DNA from: Octopus sinensis
Lineage: Eukaryota
Assembly: GCF_006345805.1 (NCBI RefSeq)
Contig: NW_021836180.1
Span: 124,001-188,000 of the forward strand
Direction: 5' to 3'
Length of the DNA: 64,000 nucleotides
Shown: piece after piece, positions 22,289 through 36,493 of the stretch
Numbering within the stretch: position 1 is the stretch's first letter
How the letters are laid out: each line of letters opens with the position of its first letter
The notes under the pieces: generated by a model
Databases searched by the model: none
Told to the model about the DNA's origin: nothing
Seen by the model: only the letters and a program-made list of their open reading frames with translations
Program-made: the position numbers and the translations under genes

Positions 22289-25200
22289 TGTGGAATGACG
22301 TCAGCAGCTGGACGTCAGCAGCCGGGTGCGTTGACCGGAAGCTAGGGCAACCGGAAGGGGTCAGCGTCAGGCGTGCGCAGGGAGCGGGGAGGGGAATTGC
22401 GCCCTTTCCAACGTGGGTCGTGGAGGTGACAAGACGTGTGAGGACGTCGCTAAGGGTTTGGGCTAGCAGCTGCTATCGTTAGTGTTCGGGTCGGGGCTGT
22501 GTGGAAGGACTAGTCACCGCTGGAGGGTCTCCGTCACTAAGAAGAGAAGGTAGGTGCCTCTATATTCAAATCGCGCACACACTACAAGCTATTTCGGCCA
22601 TTCTTAAACATTTACATTGTTTCAACACGATGTCCGCAAAAATTAGGATCGCCAGTGACGTCATCAGACCTTTTAATAGCGAAGGCGATTGTAGTGGCCT
22701 GGATTCGCAAAATCAGGCTGGTGGCAAGACTGCAGGGCATAAGCGACGTGGCGAGTCTTTATGGGCGTGTATTTAGAAGGGAGTGCGTTAACGCTATACC
22801 TAGAGATGGATGAAGAGGAACGGCTCAGCGAGAGAGAATATAGAGACGACGTTGTGTGATGCCTACACGGAATGCGAGTACACAGCTTTTGCTAAGCTAG
22901 GTGCAATCAGGTGGACGGGAGGCCAAGTGGATGACTTTGCATCAGAAGTTAGAAGGCTGGCGACTCTGGCCGGGTTTGCGGGAGAGGGACTGAGAGAGAG
23001 CAGCCCGATTGGGTTCGTGAATGGGTTTCCCCGACGATGTAGGGATTCACCTACAACGACTGCCCGGGGTTAAAAAGATGCCGTTGAGCGAACTTGTAGC
23101 TCAGGCTCGCGTGTTGACGAGACACTCTGGGCGGAAGGCGATAGCGATGGCGGTGCGGACTGGAGGCGCGTAAAGACGGACGACGTCCCGAGAGAAAGAG
23201 GTACAGAAGCTTACCGTGCAACGACAGCGGCCGTTCTCAGGACGGTGTTTTAGATGCCAGGGACCCACACATGGCGCGGGACTGTATGCAAGCGGGGCCC
23301 GTTTGCTATCGATGCAGGCAGACAGGGCACATTGCCCGTGATTGCGACCAGGGAAACGACCGCGGGGAAATTGCTGCTTCTCGAACTTTCCCCTCAAATG
23401 AGTAGAGGTGGCTATTGGAGACACTGCCATTGATTGACGTGGAGGCCGAGGGGGGGAGACGTTCAGGCCCTTGTGGATACGGGCTGTACGACCCCCTGGG
23501 TGACTTAGAGGGTGACGAAGGAATGGAACGGGGTGAGTAGTGTCCGGGCGTGCGGCGGTCGCGGCAGTGAAATCCGTTGCAGAGGCAGCAGAAGGTAGAG
23601 ATAGTGTGTGCGCGGCACGACGCTAAGGCTGCAGGCAATTGTGGCCGAACGAACATGATGAGATGTATAGAGGAGTTGACTGGGGATGGGGATGGATGCC
23701 ATCAACTGCCTCGGTGGCGTCGTGTGTGGGAAATGAGGTCATGTTCGGAAGCGTGGGGGCGTCGTGCACTGCAAGTCAGGATCGCCAGAGAGAGCAGAGC
23801 CCCGCGAGGGACTGCGCAGCTTACCACCATCGAGGACAAAGACTTTCAGGCTGCGTTCGATGGTCAGCGTGGTGGGACGATAGAGTGGCGATGGAAGGAC
23901 GGCCCCCGACGCTGGAGAACAGGGTGAGCTGTTACCAGCATACCCTGAAAGGCCACGCCAGAGTCGAGTTTGAAGACGAGGTGGAGAGGTGGATCGAGGA
24001 AGGGGTCCTTGTCCTTGGAAGGAGGAGGTAGCGGGCGGAGTGCTACTCCTGATGGCGGTGGTTGCAGCCTACGAAGGGAAAAGTCAGACCGGTGCTGGAC
24101 TTCAGGGAGCTAAACCAGCACATATCGTGTCACACGGGAGGTGAGGCGACAGACGTTCTGTGCGAGGCATTACGTAAGTGGAGACAGTCGCTGAGGCGGC
24201 GCGATTTGTCGACTTGAGATCGGCATACTTGCAGCTCCATGTGAGCGACAAACTGTGGCGATATCAGCTTGTGCGGTACAAGGGCCGGACGTTCTGTCTA
24301 ACCAGGCTGGGTTTCGGGCTGAATTCCGCTCCGAAAGATCATGGCGGCAGTGCTTAGGTCCGTCCTAGGGAAAGACGGCAAGATTAGAAAGGCCACCAGC
24401 TCCTACATTGACGACATTTTGGTGGACGAAACTGTAGTGCCAGCCGACGAGGTAGTTAGACATCTGGAGGAGTTCGGACTGATTGCTAAGCCACCGGAGT
24501 CGATTGAAGGGGGAGCCGCGCTGGGGCTGAAGCTGCGAAGAGTTGGATCAGGTGAATTGGTGTTCTGGAGAGGAAATGAATCCCAGAGCTGAGTTCCAGC
24601 GTCAGCAGGAGAGAGCTGTTCTCGGTGTGTGGGAAGTTGGTCGGTCACTACCCGATCGCTGGATGGCTGCGCACGTGCGTGTAGTTACACCAAAGACGAG
24701 CAGAAAGGAGAGAGGTGGGCGGGCGCCAAGGTGGGAGAAGGGACGCGGTGGCGATGATGCAGGAATCCTAGAGAGGACAAGAGCGGAAGACCCGGTCGGG
24801 GGGGGGGGAACTGGTACGTGCAAGACGAAATGCGGGACTGTCTGGTGTGATGCTAGCAGTATAGCGATAGGGGTGGTATTGGCAATCGAAGGCACTGCGT
24901 GGTGGAGGACGCGGCCTGGCTTTGGAAAGCAGATGATTTCAACCACATCAATGTCGCCGAATTAGACGCGGCTGCTGAAAGGGGTGAACTTGGCCTTGAA
25001 ATGGGGGCTGCGCACAATTGAATCCGGACGGATTCGGCACTGTGCTTGGCTGGGTAGGATCGGTGATCACCGGTGACAGGAGAGTGCGACGAAAGGTGCT
25101 GTGGAGATGTTAGTGAAGCGCCGTCTAGGAGTTCTAGGTGAATTGATCGCCGAGTTCGGACTGAAGCTGAACGTGGTTTTCGAGCCTTCGGAGAAAAACG

Positions 25201-26578
25201 AGAGAAGGGACAGGGCGGAAGTACTGACCAGGGTGAAAAGAGCGTGGTTGGAAGAACTGGAGGAGGCCGGAAAGGGATAGCTGTGGCGTGTTGGTTGGAT
25301 GACTCTGAACTGAAGAAACTGCATGATATGCATCACCTGGGTGTGGACAGGACCCTGTATCTGGCAAAAAAAATTGATGCTGACGTCACTAGGAGAAGCG
25401 TCCGGAAGGTGGTCGGGGCTGAGCTTGTGAGGTGTCAGTCCATCAACCCTGCTCCGTGTGGGCATGACAGGGAAGCCTTTCCGTGGAGCAGGACTGGAAA
25501 AAGCTAGCTGTGGATGTGACACACTACCGTCAGCAAATGTACCTCTCCATGATCGACTGCGGGGCCGGGCCGGCTGGCCATTTTGGAGGAGTTGAGATCG
25601 GGCATTGCTGACGAGATTGCGCAGATCCTGAACAGGATATTTTTAGAGAGAGGTCCCGTGGAAGAACTACTGATGGACAAGGGCAGCGTTTCGTTCGGAA
25701 GCATTGAGGGTTTATGCTTGATCGGTGGAATGTGCGACGCTTGTTCAGAGCAGCGTATAGGCTGAGCGGTAACGGGATCGTGGAGAGGCACCATGGCACA
25801 TACGGACAGTCAAGGCCATAGCGGAAAGAGGGTACATTTCGCCACTTGAAGCAGTTTTTTTGGTACAACTTGTCTCCCCGATCTGGACAAGCTGAGGAAT
25901 CTGTGCTGCAGAGAGCTGTGTTTCAAATATGAATGGAGGGCACCCGAGCAAAGTGCCGGAGGGTCACGAGAGAAGAGAAGGGACCCGTTGCGTGTGAAAA
26001 TAGGGGGAGGAAGTCTGGGTCAAGCCACCAAAGGCGCGCTGTACGTCTCAATGGAGCAGAGGAACGGTGACGGCGATCAATTCCAGAAGCAACGTATCCG
26101 TAGATGGAACACCACGACACGTCTTGGACCTTCGCAAGATTGTTGCTTCAACGGACGATGATTCTGGAGGGGGGAGAGAACGAGGAGGCCCAGCTTCAGA
26201 AGATCTCGACGAGCAAGCGCTCTCCCGGTTGGATGGTGGACTACAACATGGAGCGGAGAGATTGTGATCTTTAAGATCGGTGGGGTGTGGGTGGCGTGTG
26301 GGATGACGTCAGCAGCCGGGTGCGTTGACCGGAAGCTAGGGCAACCGGAAGGGGCCAGCGTCAGGCGGCGTGGTGCGCAGGAGCGGGGAATTGCGCCCTT
26401 TCAACGTGGGTCGTGGAGGTGACAAGAATGTGTGAGGACGTCGCTAAGGGTTTGGGCTAGCAGCTGCTATCGTTTAGTGTTCGGGTCGGGGCTGTGTGGA
26501 AGGACTAGTCACCGTGGAGGGGTCTCCGTCACTAAGAAGAGAAGGTAGGTGCCTCTATATCAAATCGCACACACTACA
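22289..26578 (+). mobile_element. Second copy of the same LTR retrotransposon insertion, indel-riddled
   Basis: Same flanks and CCCAG TSD (22284-22288 and 26579-26583), LTRs at 22289-22586 and 26297-26578, many small indels relative to 48485-52694. Confidence 0.92.
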
Positions 26579-29405
26579 CCCAGTATGGCCACATCTCTAA
26601 TGACTGAAGCAATGTATATATATATATAAATATGAGGTAACAAACAAAGGAAAAAATTCCTTCAAAGGTATGTGTAAAACATCCAATTCACTTGTATGTT
26701 GTTGAATACCACATAAATATGGTATAATGTAAATTACGTATAATAAATTAAATAGAGAGTTACAAATGACAATCAAATAATTATTTATATCATAATATAA
26801 CATAATATACTATGAATATAATATAAGAAACAATCATTTAAAAAAACAAAATAGCAAACATTTGTTTCGACTTATATACATTTTTTAATATATAAACAAT
26901 TTCAATTCCCTTATATATAAGCCTCATCAGGGGCAAGGTGCTGTGAATTGTAGAAAGAACTTCTTCATTTGTGTTGTGTCATGTCTTCAATATTTTGAAG
27001 AATTGTATTATTGAAGTGAAATATTTCAGTCCCGCATCACTGCGTCTTGTTCATCTCATTTCGCTAGTCGCTCTCTTTTATTCAACTTGCTCTTACGACC
27101 ATACTCGCTTCATGGAGTATGGTTGAAAGGCAAAGTCGACCTCGGCGGAATTTGAACCCAGAACGTAACAGCAGATGAAATATGGCTACGCATTTCGCCC
27201 AGTGTGCTAACAACTCTGCCAGCTTGCCGCCTTTGCTAAGTTACAGGAATGTAAACACAGCAACACCAGTTAGCAAGCAATTGTTGGGCTACAAACACAA
27301 AACATGCACACACATACACATATACACGACAGTCTTCTTTCAGTTTCCGAGTACGAAATCCACTTACAAGGTTTTGGTTGACCTGAGGCTATAATAAGCA
27401 TATATATATTATATATATAGTAGCTGACATACCCCGTAATTTCCAGGAAAGCGGGCTCATCCCTTAGTTCTGTTCTCATAATTGTTTTGCTAATTCAGTA
27501 ACAACAATACAAAGTATGTAGCCCTTAAAGTATGTAGCCTTGAGAATACCGAACTGTCTTACAAAGGATCTTGTTTTTTGGAATTCCCAATAAGTTATGA
27601 ATACTCAAATTGTGAAGTCAGTTATGTAATAACATGAAATTTATTACCCTATAGTAAGAATTCAAATAATGTAGCCCCAAAAAGGGCTTTAATATGTTCC
27701 CAGAGTATATAGATTTTAGGAGGAAATACTAAATGCTTTTGTGCGTTCCCAGAGAATATTCCCCTCAGCAGCGCTAGTGTTGCTATATTTGTGAATAAGT
27801 CACTAACCGAAATAAGTGGATCTATTGTTTAGGAGAATACTATTTACTTGTTTAAGCGTTGTCTTGGATAAATTGAGAAAATAACTAAAGGAGAATACTA
27901 TTTACTTGTTTAAGCGTTGTCTTGGATAATTGAGAAAATAACTAAAACACTCAAATACTAAGAAATAAGCATAATGAAAATGAATGGGTTATTCCCCCTT
28001 GATGGTTATTCCAGGAGGGAATGGGTTATTTCCCTTGGAAGCTTAAAATAATTACTCACACCGTTCACTCATGCCCAAAGTTATTCCTCTTGCTGTTTAC
28101 CCGAACATTTTTTCGAAATCAATTAATACTTAAAACCTCCCCAGATACATAAGGAATGTACGTTGAAGTTTAAGAAAATTGGTCAAGCCATTTTGATGCA
28201 AAAACGAGACATACCGATACACACACACACGCACAACCACTTTCAGTTTTAATATATAAGATTTACTGGCTTCTTTCAGTTTCTGTCTACCAAATCCACT
28301 CACAAGGTTTTAGTTGTCCCAAGGCTGTAATAGAAGACACTCGCCCATGATGCCACGCAGTGAGACTGAACCTGGAACCATGTGGTTGGGAAGCAGGCTT
28401 CTTACCACAAAGCCATGCTGTGCCTTACATATATACGTGTGGATATATGCACACATATATACAAAAAAGATGTATGCATATGAAATATAATGGGTGTATG
28501 TGTGTTTGTGTGACCAACTAGAAGTACATAGAACTGAATACGGCATGCAAAAAGTAAATAAAAAAAATTTTCTACGTAAATTAATGAACAATCAAATTTT
28601 GACAGTTCTGAGGGATATACCGAAAGAATGTCCGTTTAACTTTTATATTTTTCTTTGTTTCAGTTATTAAGACTGTGGCCATGCTGGGACATCGTCTTGA
28701 AGAATGTTTTTACTTGTATGAATTGATCCCAGAACTATTTTCTTTTTTCTTTATGTCTGGAACTTATTCATTAGTTTCTTTAGCCAAACCGCTAAGTTAC
28801 AGAGATGAAAACACCAACACTGGTTGTCAAATGGTGGCGGGGGGGGGGGCAAACACTGACACACACACACCTGACAGGCTTCTTCTAGTTTCCATCTACC
28901 AAATCCACTCACAGGGCTTTGGTCGGTCCAAGGCTCTCGTAGATAATGCATACCCAAGGTGCCATGCAGTGGGACTGAACCCGAAACTATGTGGTTGGGA
29001 AGCAAGCTTCCTACCACACAGTCCTCTTACAATGAATAGATGTTTAGCAGACTCTCTCTCTCTCTGTTATATATACATGAGTACGGACGTAGTAGATAAC
29101 AGCTAGCCTTTGGCCACTGTTTTGCACCCTGTTGTATTGGTTGGTATTGGCGCACTTTTGTCTCTTGCTCTGTTACACACCAATGTGCAACCCAACCAAT
29201 CGAAGCCTTCTATCAACCGTGTAGTGTACTAAAGGGGCCTTTCTCATCACCTCTCCTTCGCATGGTCGTTTACAGATAATACACCTGACATCCTGTCTGA
29301 CAGGTACGGGACTTAAATAGGAAGATCGCCTCGGTTTTATTTAAGTTCTATCTTTATGCCATCTTTATTACCTCTGGCATTTTAAAAGCTTTATATAATA
29401 CAAAG

Positions 29406-29439
<34 letters not shown>

Positions 29440-32338
29440 GTATGTGAATTCGGAACGTCTGTGTGAGAGAGTGTGCATGTGAGAGGAAGAGAGTAAAAGT
29501 GAGAGGAAATGTGTGAGGCAGAGAGAAAGGGGGAGAATGTGTATGTGAAGGCGCGGAAGAGACAGATTGAATGCGTTCATGTATGAAAGAGAAAGAGAAG
29601 TATTTCAGTGAAAACGAAGCAGCTCCTTAGAAGTTGCTCAATTTGCACGAAATAGCAGCCAATTCTTTTGAAATCTCATCCTACCGTCTTAAATAAAGAA
29701 ATACACCCAGGACTATGTTATCCTGTATATATGAAAAGGCGCACGCATGGAGCAGGTTTGATCATAGGTGTCGCTCGATCAGTGTTGTCATGGAGTTACG
29801 ATAACACGTAACTCTTAGTGATGAGAGAATATAAACAGATGAAAAGCAACTGAGAAATTATAGACACAAATCAATTAGATAAGAAAAACATTGATTTGGT
29901 CACTCGACAACAGTTATCGCAGTTCAATAAAAACACATTTTAACAACTTCCTATAGCAAAGAAAATGTAATTTCACTGACCCGAAAGAGTTAAATATGTA
30001 AGGAAAGAAAAAAAAATGGATAAAGAAAAGTTGAAAATCAATTAAAAAATGAAAATGGATTAATTCGGGGGGGAACCGTTGAATAAAACAAAACGATTTA
30101 TCATAGTCGAAGTAGATATCTAACAATTTTTTATGTATTTATCGAAGTTAAAGTAGATATCTAACAACTTCTTGAGGCAAAAGAGGCGTGGCTGTGTGGT
30201 AAAAAGCTTGCTTTCCAATCACATTGTCACGGATTCGGTTCAACTGCGTAGCACCTTGGACAGGTGTTTTGCACTGTAGCCTTCGACCAACCAAAGCCTT
30301 CTGAGTTTTTTTTTTAGAATGGAGGATATGAGGAGTGGGTACTATTTAAAAAGAGTGGTCCCGGTGCGCGCACTCGTGTACTCGCGCAACAGCGCTAGCT
30401 AGTCGTGACTAGTCGATCCTAAAACGACTACCTAGCAAAGTAAATAAACACAAAATAACTTTTTTTTTTTACACAAAGTAAATAAAACACAAAAACACAC
30501 AGTAAGGATCGACCAGTCACGACTAGCTGGCGCGGATGCGCGAGTACGCGCACCGGGATCACTCTCTGTATATAGTATCTTAGGAGTGTTCGCCAGGATG
30601 ATTTAAACTAATAGGTATGTAACCCAAATTCCTGACAGTAACATATAAATATATATGTGAAGCGAGTGTCCTACTCATCTCTTTCCAAAAGCATAAAAGT
30701 CCGTACGTTTTACGCATGCGTAGATTTCACCTGAAACAGCAGACGACAAAATATGAAGCCCTCACCAGAAAACTCGATATGCTAGAAATAACAGCTAAAC
30801 GTCCGAAAATATCTTTTCCTCAGCTTAACGCCCTTTTTTCTTTCTTTTTTTCTTTTCTCTAAATCTTAACTCTCCGTATCTATTTGAATCTTGTTGCCAT
30901 GCTACAATTATCTTCGTGTTGTGTTTATAAAGAAATAGTAATAATTCGTACCGAAAATTTTGTTAAATATGCGTATTTGTATCAAGTTGAACTGCAACGA
31001 ACCTGTGTGTGCTGCTACAGCCAATGCCACCATATTTCAAGCAGGGGTATTAGAAAAGTTTTCCATTACAATTTGTGATTAAATTAATAAGTAAGATTAA
31101 TATTTATAATGAATTTGCCATTTTCGATGGGTGTGCACCGCACACCAAGCACATCCAGAATATACGCCCAGCGTGTGTGTGTGTTTCCTAAGAAAATTTG
31201 AAATGAAAAATTCTTTTTGGATCTTTTCTTTTAGATGGACGGAATTTTCTAGTTAACTAAAAAAATTTGAAACTTCGTATACTGGTAGAATGTGTCAAAA
31301 CAAAACATTATTGGATCCTTTTTTTTTTTTCCATATTCATAAACACCGTATGTTTCCAGGAGGATTAAACAGAAAAAAAAAAAATTTTTTAAAAGTGAAA
31401 AATTTTAAAATTGGGGGGGGGGGGATTAAAATTTTGAAAACGTATTTTTATTTAAGCAAAGTCGCTCGTAATCTCCGATTTCGAAAACGTAGGAATCCAA
31501 AGAAAGTTATGAAAAAAAAAAAAAAAAAAAACAGAAGGGGTGCTTGCACTTTACCCCCACCAAGAACCGATAGAATATGTGCTAGGTTTTAAAAATATGT
31601 CCTGGGGTCGATTTGTTCGACTAAAACACATCAAGGCGGTGCTCCAGCATGACCGCAGTCAAATGCCTGAAACAAGTAAAAGATAAAAGGTACCCATCAC
31701 ACAAGTGCGTCTCCCACCCGACATCGACGGAAGCTGTATAGTGACCAAAATTACTTTGTCGATTCATTCGACTAAGATTCCTTAAGGCGGTGCCCCAGCA
31801 TGACCACAATCAAATCACTGGAACAAATAAATGATAAAAGAAAGGTAACAACTGGCCCCATGGCAAAATAACGGGTTAACATGCAGTTTACAGATGAAAA
31901 AAGAAAATAGTGTCAATATAAAAGTGAAAGCGAATTGCAATGAAAATTAGAGGCGTCAATATCGCCATCCTATAATTTCAAGTGGAAAATATATCTTCAT
32001 AGACAAGGGCGGAAAATAAGTCCGAATTAAAAAATTAAAAAGCATTTCCCAAATAATGAATATAAATCATTTATAGAGAAAATAAATATTGATTATGTCA
32101 CTTGTCAATGATGATCGAAGTCCAATATAGATGTTTTAGCAACTTTTTACAGAAAAGTAAAAGCAATATCACCAACTTCGAGGAAATAGATTTCAAAAAG
32201 GGGTAAAAATACGTTTAAAAGCAATAGAAAAACTAATGAGCACAAACCAATTATAAGAAAAGACCGTTGTTTAGATTAAGTCATTTGTCAATTATCACGG
32301 TCCATGAAGAAGCTTTAAAATTATCGCAGTAAGTTGTT

Positions 32339-32515
32339 ACTTACCTGTTGAGAGAAATAAAAGGTGAAATATGTCTCGTTGATAAGTTTAAAGTTTATAA
32401 TTCAAGAGGATAAAATAAACAACGAGTATATATCCGGGTTTCTTTTCTGCCAAAAGAAATTGTACGAAACGGAACTGCGTATATATGAAGTGGAAAGTAA
32501 TCTTACAGATTGGTT
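32339..32515 (-). promoter_or_regulatory. Candidate promoter plus leader exon, unit 2 (would serve copy B)
   Basis: Copy of 6130-6305, with donor CAG|GTAAGT at 32339-32347. Confidence 0.45.
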
Positions 32516-32918
32516 GAATATCTTAATAGCTTAGAAGTTCTGTTCTCCACGTAAAATGCATCAACAGAAAAGTACGAGCAACCCGGTTAAGCGAGAAACG
32601 TAAATTCATTAATAAAACAAATTTTAACTATAATACCAAAGCAGATGATGAACCAGATTATATAATGGTGCGCCACCAACACAAATTAGACGGAGAAGGG
32701 GAGGACGAAGAGAGAGAGAGAGAAAGAGAGAGGAGGCGTGGGAGAGGCCAGCAACGCCCATCAATGCATTTATATTGACAATTACGAAAACCTCTTTCTA
32801 CAACCACTTGGGACCTCTTGGTGTTCAATTGATATTTTTCTTACTTTTTATTTCCTTTTTTCTCCTCTTCGCTCCTGTTTGTGTTCGGTTTGGATTTGTA
32901 TTTTAATGTTGTTTTATG

Positions 32919-32970
<52 letters not shown>

Positions 32971-35900
32971 CTTTATATAAATAAATAACGTGAAATACAC
33001 GAAGAGACGAACAAAAAGACAAACAAGTCATTCAAGCCTTTATTCTTCAGTCAGAAACTGATCCCTCATCGCAGATTTCGGCTGTTTAATTCTGAGATCC
33101 GCTCTGAATCAGCCAGCCACAGAAGGAAAGAATGAAACGCAACAGAGACGAACAGGAAACAAAAAATCTTTTTTGGGGACAGTAACGATTGAAAACATGA
33201 ATGACACAGGCACCCTACGGCTTTGAGACAAACAGAGAGACACAAAAATAATAATAATATGTATATATATATATATATTCCTCTTTATATATATAGTGAT
33301 ATACTACAATAAACATATTTCGATTGGAAAAACAACAAAAAATGAGGAATGTAAAAACTAATTGCGAAACGAAATAGTTTCATTTGGTGTAAACGGATGC
33401 AATATGTATCCTTGTGTAAATAATATTATCATAGTTAAACCAAGCTGTGAATAAGCCAAAGATTTGGTGTTGGTGTTGATAGCTAATCGTATATCTCTTG
33501 TGTGCCATGTTTGTCATTGTAGATTCTGTGATCAAATCCTGGAGGGGGTTTCCTCAATGCAAGGGGTCTATCCTGCATACATTGTAACGTATAGTCTGTT
33601 ATTCAATTACTTGTTTTAATTATTGGACATCTGCCATGTTGGGGCACTGTTTTCAGAGGTTTAGTTATCTTTTCGCTTTGACCGGCAGATTTTAAAAATA
33701 ATTTCTTTGTAACTAAACACTTTTAAACTTCGTATACCGGTAGAATGTGTTTATAAAACATCTTTTTCTCTTGGCTTTCTTGAGAGAATTATGTAGTTTG
33801 TAAGCTATTTGTTGTTTAATTTCTTGCATTTCGGCAATTTCAACCAATCAATGACGTCTATTGAGGTGAATTTTTTTTTAACCTTGAAATACTGTAAATG
33901 TGTGTGTTTCTTTTGATGAAAGGGTGTTTTAAGAGAGATTTGCTATATTTGTAGTAGCTCAAGTTACCAGACACACACACACGTGTGTGTGTGTGTGTGT
34001 GTGTGCATGTGTGTTTTGTTGTGGGGAAAAAAATACTTTCTCTCGGAATATTTTGCACGATAATTTTTAAAGAAATCTGGTCATCTTTCTTACTGCCAAC
34101 CATCCCACTTCAGATTACAATTGTTAATTGTTGGAAGTCAAGTAGACTGAGATGCACATATACTGTTACCGTATAGAGTGGAAGTTCAATACGAAGTCTT
34201 GAACTCATTATCCTGTGGTTAGTAACCCATTACCTTAAAGTTGAAACCATTAAGTCTTTAAACATTATTTTGTTTGGTTTTCTTTCGACTGTTGCCATGA
34301 TGATGTATCGCCTTCAAAAATTTAATTGATCATACTGACCTCAATACGTATTTCAATCTGGCATTTATTTTATAGATCTCTGCTTGATGAACTTCTAACT
34401 TGGAGACATAGTGGGACGAATGACTGTGTAGTTGAGAAGTTTGCTTCCCAACCATATGGTTCCATGTTCAGTCGCTTTGCATAGTAGCTTGGGCAAGTGT
34501 TTTCTACTATAGCCCCTAGATCAACCACAGATATCTGACTGAATTTGGTAAACGGAAACTGCAGGGTTGTTAATCACAAAATGACCGAAAAGCATGTTCA
34601 TAAGGTAGAGTTGTTTGCTTCATGTTCCACGTGTGCTAATTCTGCCCGTAAGAAAGAAACAATGTGACTGTAGGTCATTACACCTGGGCAACTATACACC
34701 TAAAACCACACTAATAGCTTAGGAGTGAAATTTAGGATTTCACAGTTTTCTGTGAATTGATTTTGATAAAACTTTTCCCAGCTGGTTTGCACACTATAGC
34801 AACACTATTGTTTTGTTTTCATTATTTTGCGTAACGTCCTTTCATTTTTTTTTATTTCAGATTCTTCAGTTTTTGGGTGTACCACACTAATAACTTTTAA
34901 ATGAAAATAGTCTATCTAGACATTTTTCCAGAAAGTGAAGGGGGATCTTTACCTTTTGACTGACAGATTTTAAAAATAATTTTTTGTAACTAAACACTTT
35001 CAAACTTCGTATACTGGTAGAATGTGTCACATAAAACATCTTTTAATCTTGGCGTTTTTGAGAAAATTCTGTATTTTGGAAGTTATTTCTTGTTAAAGTT
35101 GTCGTATTTTGGTAATTTCAACCAATCAATGACGTGTATTCAGCTGAATAAAATTACTGCTGTTGTTTGTTAACTACAACTATTGGCGTGTTTGTCACTG
35201 TTATTTTTGACATTGTTCATGCATTTGTACTGGTTTTAGCTTTAAGGTGTTAGGGTTAGGATTTTAGGGTTAAGGTTTTAGGGTTAGGGTTTTAGAGTTA
35301 GGTTTAAGGTTTTAGGGTTAGGGTTGGGGTTTTAGGGTTAGGGTTACGGAAAAAAATGAAAAATGAAGCACGAACAATTATGGTGGTGCTATAAAGTAAA
35401 CATGCTTCAGATACACTCGTTTATTCATACAAACGTAACTGAGATTAAATATGTCATAAATAAAACGACAAACGAAATATACACTGCCGGAAGTTGTTGA
35501 TAAGAAACAACAGCATTAATTTTATTCATCTGAATACACGTCATTGATTGGTTGAAATTACCGAAATATGACAACTTTAACAAGAAATAACTTCCAAAAT
35601 TTGAGAATTTTCTGTGACACATTCTTACCAGTATACGAAGTTTGAAAGTGTTTAGTTACAAAAAATTATTTTTGTTACAAAACTTTACAACCATGATATT
35701 TAGGGTTCAGTCCCACAAGACAATACCTTCAGCAAGTGTCTTCTATTATAGCCGAGAGCAGACCAATTCCTTGTGAGTGTGTTTGGTACACAGGAACAGG
35801 GTGGAGGCCCATTTTGTGTGTGTGTGTGAGTGTGTTTATTATACCTCCTCATAATTTAGCTGTTCTACCATAGAGACTGATGGAATAACTACCCAATTTT

Positions 35901-36493
35901 AAAATAAATGAGTTTTGGGGTTGATGTGTTTAACTAAAAAATGCCTTTTAGGTTGTGACTTAGAATGGCTGCAGTCCAACGACCAAAATGAGTTGTGGAT
36001 AAAAGACGGGATATGGTATACACATAGTTACATTAAAATTCCGATTCACAAAACGTGTACAGGGCCAGAAATGTGTGTAGAGTATGTAATTGATTTAATC
36101 AATTTTATTTCTTAATTGGCCATTCTTTTATGGACATCAAAAGCATAAAAAGCAAAGCCAAGATTGGTGACTATTGCACCTACAGCTAAAAAAAGAAAAA
36201 AATCAAATAATTCAGTTCCATGCAGAGTTAAATGTTCAGTACTCAGTTTGAATGTCTTTAAACTTCATATATTCATATTGCACACAGAAAATAACACAAG
36301 TTCAATAAATATAAGGATTATGGTTTTATATTTTATTATATTTTACAGCTGTATAGATATATAAAATATTTGTTTATTGATCTGTTACAGGAATTAGCTG
36401 AGTAAAAGTAATGATATACAAGTTAAAATGTTAAGGTATTTTTCTCAGTTATACAGTAGTGAAAGTCTTAAAATATGAAATAAACAGAAATTG

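Larger units (their letters stand above)
12044..27090 (+). repeat. Segmental duplication block matching 41896-53200
   Basis: Copies B/D, shared upstream SINE field and shared LTR insertion. Unit 1 carries an extra internal 3.7-kb duplication. Confidence 0.9.

Noticed and set aside
22289-26578. Independent, site-specific second insertion of the LTR element
   Set aside because: Identical TSD, kilobases of shared flank and shared LTR mutations show it was copied with the segment.
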